IMG/VR virus record: IMGVR_UViG_3300021963_000124
Coordinates: 975 to 64,974 of that record
Reading direction: 5' to 3' (one strand)
Source: a virus
Taxonomy: Duplodnaviria > Caudoviricetes
DNA: 64,000 nt
The first letter of the stretch is position 1. Every line of letters starts with the position of its first letter. Of the stretch, positions 59,409 through 64,000 are shown piece after piece. Below the pieces are notes generated by a model that saw only the letters and a program-made list of their open reading frames with translations, did no database searches and was not told where the DNA came from. The translations under genes were made by a program, and so were the position numbers.

Positions 59409-62225
59409 TTATTGTTGTTGATAAATTGATAAGAATGCGGTTTGATTTGCAGCAGGAGTCCCAGTATATCCTCCTAATAAAAATCGATTGTTATCAATTT
59501 TTTCACAACAATTTATTTGTAAACTTGCACTGACATCACCAGGAACATAATTATTATAATAATAAGATCCGTTTGTATTTAAATTATAACCAGCAATTAA
59601 GAAATTTGTTTCGTTTGTGCAAATATCTTTGAACGAACTATTTTTGCTTACTATAGTTGATGGATTTTTACTATCTCTTTCGACTTGATTCCATAAAAAT
59701 GTTGTCCAATCCCACATATTTGGATTATTTCTTATTGTTGGCAATTTGCATTGTAATGTTACACCGAATCTGCGAGTGCTATCAGAAACATCATTATCTC
59801 TAGAATCTCCTACTATTATTACCGTATCATCTGTTAAGATTTTAACACTATATTGATTTAATGGATAATTTATTAATTTTTTAATTTGAGCAGATTTATT
59901 TGGATCAGTATTCATCAAATAATCTACACGTAACCATGTCCAATTGCCACCATTTATATATCCATATACAACTACTGCATTAGTTCCTACCAAAATTACT
60001 TCAGTATCACTTATTTTTGTAATATCATAGAATTTACAAGTATTATCAGTCAGTGTCTTTTGATATCTGGTTTTTGGTCCAAAATCAATTCCGTTTTGAA
60101 GTGCTATATTTTTCTTTTCATTGTATTCTTGATCCGATAGTCCTATAATAGCAGCAGATGGATTCAAAATTGAATTTTGTTGGGATATAGGAGATGATAA
60201 ATTAGTTATATCATCTACTATATAAATTGGTAAAGATGTTGCTGTTGTAGAACTTAAAGTTGCAGTTTGATCTGTCACCAATATATATTTCTTTTCAGTC
60301 AATCCTATTGCGGATATGATATTTTTATCAATTAAACTGCTATGAGTATATGTATTCCATAAAGGAACCGATCTCCAAGTCCCCCAATCGTTCTGATTAT
60401 AATTTGTGTTTGTTGGTGTATTATAAGAATCCACTGGATATTGGTTTATATAAGACGATCCCGTATAAATTAATTTTCCTGGTTTGTTAGATACACCATA
60501 ATAAACTGAAGACGATGAATTATATTTAATTTTATTTAAATTATTTACCGAATCATTATTTACTGATCCTGTTCTTGGAGAATATTTAAATACCAAATTT
60601 TCACCGGAATTATCTGTTACAGAAATAAAATTTTGTTGAGTGTTAGTATTTGTTACAGAATTACTTTCTAATAATACTAAATTATAATTCCCAGTTGAAT
60701 GTGCAATTGATTTTACATTATCAAATTTTTTATTCTGGACGCCAACGTAATTGATATTCGTTATTTGTAAAGGTTTTAAAAATTTTAATTTTGTAATTGC
60801 AGTATTTACTGCATTTGATACAATAGTTTTAACTTTATTTACATACTGTGATAGATTAGAAACAGGACCTTGATCTAAAAAGTTATTAACATTACAAAAT
60901 ACTGCCGTAGAAATCAATCTTCCATTTAAATACTGTTTAAGCGGAATTACATTATAATTTATAACTTTTGAATCATCAGATCCTAATAATAAATTTATTA
61001 AAAATCCAAGAGCAGAAGCAGATAATAAAGCACCTGCAATAACTTGAGTTGTTGCAAATGTTAAAGCAGGAATAAGTCCACCTGCTATAATAAGTGGACC
61101 TAAAATAGCTGCTCCTGCTAAAATACCAACAACGGCAACAACAATTTGAAGCCAACCTGGTTTCGATTCTTCTTTATAAACAGTATAATTACTAAATCTG
61201 ATTACAAATCCTTCCAAACCACAAGGAAATACAGAGGAATGATATATAGGAACGTTTTGATCATAATATGTATTAAAACCTGCTTCTGTTAATTGAACAC
61301 CACCAACCGAACTCAATGTTAATTTTGAAGCTTCTTCTATACTATTCAATGGATAATCTGGCTGTTTTTTATATTTTACTATAAAATCTGTATAATATGT
61401 ACCTACTTTTTTTGGAGGAGCGATATTATCAATATTTTTCCAACTTATAGGTGTTATTTGAATATTATCTTTATCATCAAAATCTACTCTAAATTCAACT
61501 GCTGCAAATAATCTGTCCAATGCGTAATCTGATTCTTCTGCCAATTCAGTATATGAAGCAGTAACAGATTGAACCGCTTGATAACATGATAAAGCGTAAT
61601 CAGATTGTAATGTATATGCGACAGGCAATTCTGAAATTAATGCAAGATCAGGATCAAAATTTTCAGCAATCTTGGAATATAAAGATCTTTCTGATATACT
61701 TGAACTAATTGATGTTCCATTATCTTGTCCATAATAATTCAAATAAGATGAACTGATCGATATATCAGAATTAAAAGAACTAGATGCATCCAATGAATAT
61801 AAAGAATGATTTGAACTAGAATTTAATGCGTATGAAGATGTAACAGAAAAGGATGATGTAATTGAAAAAGATGAAGATATACAATTAGAAGATGTAATTG
61901 ATATATTAGTATCTGAATTATTGATTGAATATGATGAAGTTCCGTTTACATCGCCATTAAACAATAACACACTAGATGTATAAGATAAATTAGAAATTAT
62001 GGAAAATGAAGATGTATTTGAGAATCCTTTCAAATTTCCATAAAAACTGCCACTGAGAGACCCAGTAGAAAGTGCGTTAAGTATAGCATTATTATAAGAG
62101 ACAAATTCCGATATTTCAGTATTTTTTGTCTCTTTTTTACTTACATCAGTTATAAGCATCAAATCATTTTCTGATAAAGATGCACTATTAAGTAAATTTA
62201 AATCCGCTATAGTCTTTGAACCCAT
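59409..62225 (-). CDS. Ser-rich fibre paralogue with hydrophobic insertion and C-terminal beta-propeller-like region
   Basis: IADL...DLMLITD...ETK, TGS, FAAVEF domain, ~59 uncharged residues, then ILVG/IIVG/LIAG/LLGG blade-like repeats. Confidence 0.65.
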   Translation of the reverse strand: MGSKTIADLNLLNSASLSENDLMLITDVSKKETKNTEISEFVSYNNAILNALSTGSLSGSFYGNLKGFSNTSSFSIISNLSYTSSVLLFNGDVNGTSSYSINNSDTNISITSSNCISSSFSITSSFSVTSSYALNSSSNHSLYSLDASSSFNSDISISSSYLNYYGQDNGTSISSSISERSLYSKIAENFDPDLALISELPVAYTLQSDYALSCYQAVQSVTASYTELAEESDYALDRLFAAVEFRVDFDDKDNIQITPISWKNIDNIAPPKKVGTYYTDFIVKYKKQPDYPLNSIEEASKLTLSSVGGVQLTEAGFNTYYDQNVPIYHSSVFPCGLEGFVIRFSNYTVYKEESKPGWLQIVVAVVGILAGAAILGPLIIAGGLIPALTFATTQVIAGALLSASALGFLINLLLGSDDSKVINYNVIPLKQYLNGRLISTAVFCNVNNFLDQGPVSNLSQYVNKVKTIVSNAVNTAITKLKFLKPLQITNINYVGVQNKKFDNVKSIAHSTGNYNLVLLESNSVTNTNTQQNFISVTDNSGENLVFKYSPRTGSVNNDSVNNLNKIKYNSSSSVYYGVSNKPGKLIYTGSSYINQYPVDSYNTPTNTNYNQNDWGTWRSVPLWNTYTHSSLIDKNIISAIGLTEKKYILVTDQTATLSSTTATSLPIYIVDDITNLSSPISQQNSILNPSAAIIGLSDQEYNEKKNIALQNGIDFGPKTRYQKTLTDNTCKFYDITKISDTEVILVGTNAVVVYGYINGGNWTWLRVDYLMNTDPNKSAQIKKLINYPLNQYSVKILTDDTVIIVGDSRDNDVSDSTRRFGVTLQCKLPTIRNNPNMWDWTTFLWNQVERDSKNPSTIVSKNSSFKDICTNETNFLIAGYNLNTNGSYYYNNYVPGDVSASLQINCCEKIDNNRFLLGGYTGTPAANQTAFLSIYQQQ

Positions 62226-62253
62226 ATAATGTATATTTATAAATATACATTAT
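62226..62253. repeat. 28-bp perfect palindrome containing TATTTATA on both strands
   Basis: ATAATGTATATTTATAAATATACATTAT equals its own reverse complement. Confidence 0.9.
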
Positions 62254-63002
62254 GCCAACTTTTTTATTTTTTTAATAATGTAAGCTACTAATCCGCTTCT
62301 AACTACATCGTCTTCTGTAAATTTAAATACATGAATTCCATTATCTTTGCTTTCTTGGTCATCAAATAGATTCATTACTTTTACAAATCCACTCTTACCA
62401 TTGATGTCACTTTGGTCAGGATCCCCCAAAATAAATACTCTACTAAATTCTCCGATTCTTGTTATTAATGTAATTAATTCTTTTTGAGTCATGTTTTGAG
62501 ACTCATCTGCAACAATTACTTTTGCATTCCAATTTAATCCACGTAAAAATCCAATCGGAATACTATCAATACGTTCTTCTTTTTCTAAAAGATCTATGTT
62601 GTTTTTAGGCAATAATTCCGATAGTTTTTCTAATAATGGTTGAATATAAGGAGCCATTTTTTCATTTGCTTCTCCTGGCAAGAATCCAATTTTGTTTTCA
62701 GAACTTTCTACTGCACTTCTTAAATATAATAAATCACTTACCTTTTTAAGATTCATTAATTTTAAAGCTGAATATATTGATATATAAGTTTTGCTTGTGC
62801 CTGCTGGGCCACTTACAAATATCATTTTTGTATTTTTATCTAATGCTATATTTAAAAATTCTTTTTGTTTTTCTGTTAATTCTCTTTCAATAATGTTTAG
62901 TTCGTGTTTTAATTTTGATCTTTGCGGTATTTTTGGACTTGTATCATTGTTGGTGTCTTGGGTTGTATGATTTTCCGTTTTTGGTTTTTTATCTTTTTTC
63001 AT
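62250..63002 (-). CDS. phoH: PhoH-family ATPase
   Basis: GPAGTSKT, RSAVE, IGFLPG, FLRG, DESQN, TRIGE, GD.DQSD, DVVRS. Confidence 0.93.
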   Translation of the reverse strand: MKKDKKPKTENHTTQDTNNDTSPKIPQRSKLKHELNIIERELTEKQKEFLNIALDKNTKMIFVSGPAGTSKTYISIYSALKLMNLKKVSDLLYLRSAVESSENKIGFLPGEANEKMAPYIQPLLEKLSELLPKNNIDLLEKEERIDSIPIGFLRGLNWNAKVIVADESQNMTQKELITLITRIGEFSRVFILGDPDQSDINGKSGFVKVMNLFDDQESKDNGIHVFKFTEDDVVRSGLVAYIIKKIKKLA

Positions 63003-63324
63003 GCAGATTTTTTTTGAGAGCTTTTTCCAACATTGTTTCTATCGATTTTATTCGAACACATAACTCATAATTTTCAGTATCAATGTAATAATTAAAAACG
63101 TTTTTGAGATTTTCTCTAAAACTTTCAATTGGAATAGTTATTACAAAGTCAGAATTCTTAAATGAAAAAACTTCAACGAAACTTAATTTTTTATTTAATG
63201 CGTATTCTATTGAAGAAACTACTTGTTCTGTCATCTCAATTTTATGAGAGTCTATGAATCTCTCCATTTCATCAAAATTAGATGGTAACACGTAAATTTT
63301 ATATTTCGATGCTTTTTTAGGCAT
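62989..63324 (-). CDS. Hypothetical protein with UVR-like C-terminal helix pair (start moved to MPKKASK)
   Basis: ENYELCVRIK motif. TATTTATA (63330-63337) lies 5 nt before ATG 63324. The longer start runs into a terminator. Confidence 0.6.
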   Translation of the reverse strand: MPKKASKYKIYVLPSNFDEMERFIDSHKIEMTEQVVSSIEYALNKKLSFVEVFSFKNSDFVITIPIESFRENLKNVFNYYIDTENYELCVRIKSIETMLEKALKKNLHEKR

Positions 63325-63344
63325 ACAGATATAAATATCATACA

Positions 63345-63379
63345 AAAACAAAAATGCCGCCAAAATTATTTGGCGGCAT
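63345..63379 (-). terminator. Intrinsic terminator
   Basis: ATGCCGCCAAA-N4-TTTGGCGGCAT followed by TTTTGTTTTT on the minus strand. Confidence 0.85.
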
Positions 63380-63399
63380 CCAAAAGTAAAATTAAAAAA

Positions 63400-63630
63400 T
63401 TACTTTTTCTTAGAAGTTTTCTTCTTCTCAGACTTTACAGGTGTTTCTGGTGTCTGTGCAGTATCATTACTAGACAACTGTGCAATTCTAAACTTCGCAG
63501 TAGAGACCCACGCACGTTTTGTTTCAACCGATGCAAACTCGAAATTTTTTCCTGTCTTCAACAGTTCATCAATTTCTTCCTTTGAGTTCGCACTCTTAAT
63601 CTTTTCTCTTAGTCCGTATACTTTGTTCAT
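63400..63630 (-). CDS. Small basic hypothetical protein
   Basis: 76-aa ORF in a two-gene unit bounded by a promoter and a terminator. Confidence 0.6.
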   Translation of the reverse strand: MNKVYGLREKIKSANSKEEIDELLKTGKNFEFASVETKRAWVSTAKFRIAQLSSNDTAQTPETPVKSEKKKTSKKK

Positions 63631-63633
63631 ATG

Positions 63634-63855
63634 TTATACCTTGTGACGTTTATCATCGAATTCTACAATCTCAATCTTTGTTCCATCAGGCCAACGTGTG
63701 ACAATTCCTTTCCAATGGTCATATTCAACCTGTGCTTCTTCTCTTGTTTGATACTCCAACTCACTCACACGTAATCCACTTCGTGTGACAACATACCGTT
63801 TTGTTTCTGAGGCGGATTCGGCAACCTTACCAGTCTTAACTTTTTTATCAGACAT
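63634..63855 (-). CDS. Small hypothetical protein
   Basis: 73-aa ORF downstream of a sigma70-type promoter. Confidence 0.6.
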   Translation of the reverse strand: MSDKKVKTGKVAESASETKRYVVTRSGLRVSELEYQTREEAQVEYDHWKGIVTRWPDGTKIEIVEFDDKRHKV

Positions 63856-63937
63856 ATTTGTTTTTATATGTTATTGATTTTTACTTGTTGGTTTTATAGA
63901 TATGACAATTCATGATAACCAGTCACGAACTGAACTT

Positions 63938-63966
63938 ATATTATCATACTTGTATACAATTGTCAA
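63938..63966 (-). promoter_or_regulatory. Sigma70-type (early) promoter
   Basis: TTGACA-N17-TAATAT with extended -10 TG. Confidence 0.7.
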
Positions 63967-64000
63967 TGTATTACATGTATGAAAAAATTTTACATTTGTC

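Noticed and set aside
708-63337. TATAAATA on the plus strand read as standard T4 late promoters
   Set aside because: They would point away from the adjacent genes. At the one plus-strand unit the motif flips, so the sense form is TATTTATA.
7710-63363. Track start sites at 7763, 10254 and 63363
   Set aside because: They overlap an upstream gene, promoter motif or terminator. ATGs at 7709, 10233 and 63324 fit better.
1223-63585. Many short plus-strand ORFs in the track (e.g. 1223..1597, 2063..2518, 10332..10652, 17566..17925, 63370..63585)
   Set aside because: They are antisense shadows of long minus-strand genes or span terminators, with no upstream signals. Only 13267..14261 is supported.
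1-64000. Stop-codon reassignment, introns or inteins
   Set aside because: Core genes are full length and tightly packed in the standard code, and I saw no intein or homing-endonuclease motifs.

Overview
The window is an AT-rich fragment of a large T4-like (contractile-tailed) dsDNA bacteriophage, with nearly all genes on the minus strand. It holds most of the morphogenesis module: major capsid protein, scaffold, prohead protease, portal, TerL, gp13/14/15-like neck and tail-completion proteins, tail sheath, gp5/gp6/gp25-like baseplate proteins, and many Ser/Thr-rich fibre or lectin proteins. It also holds an embedded DNA-metabolism block (fused Mre11-Rad50, primase, RuvC-like resolvase), a gp55-like sigma factor, Hsp20, PhoH and a flavodoxin-fold protein. 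I saw no tRNA, rRNA, CRISPR array, integrase, reverse transcriptase, tail tube or tape measure gene. The most notable patterns are: (1) a TATTTATA motif, the reverse complement of the T4 late promoter, often 4-8 nt before start codons and flipping with gene orientation; (2) a shared N-terminal tag resembling a capsid-targeting/protease-cleavage signal on unrelated proteins, including a flavoprotein; (3) an [S/T]-[G/A/S]-S tripeptide enriched in virion-surface proteins; (4) a baseplate gene apparently split in two and loaded with adhesin, propeller and dockerin-like domains; (5) a 12-His ladder in the spike protein; (6) four paralogous fibres, one carrying a ~59-aa membrane-like insertion. All product calls come from motif recognition by eye, with no database searches.
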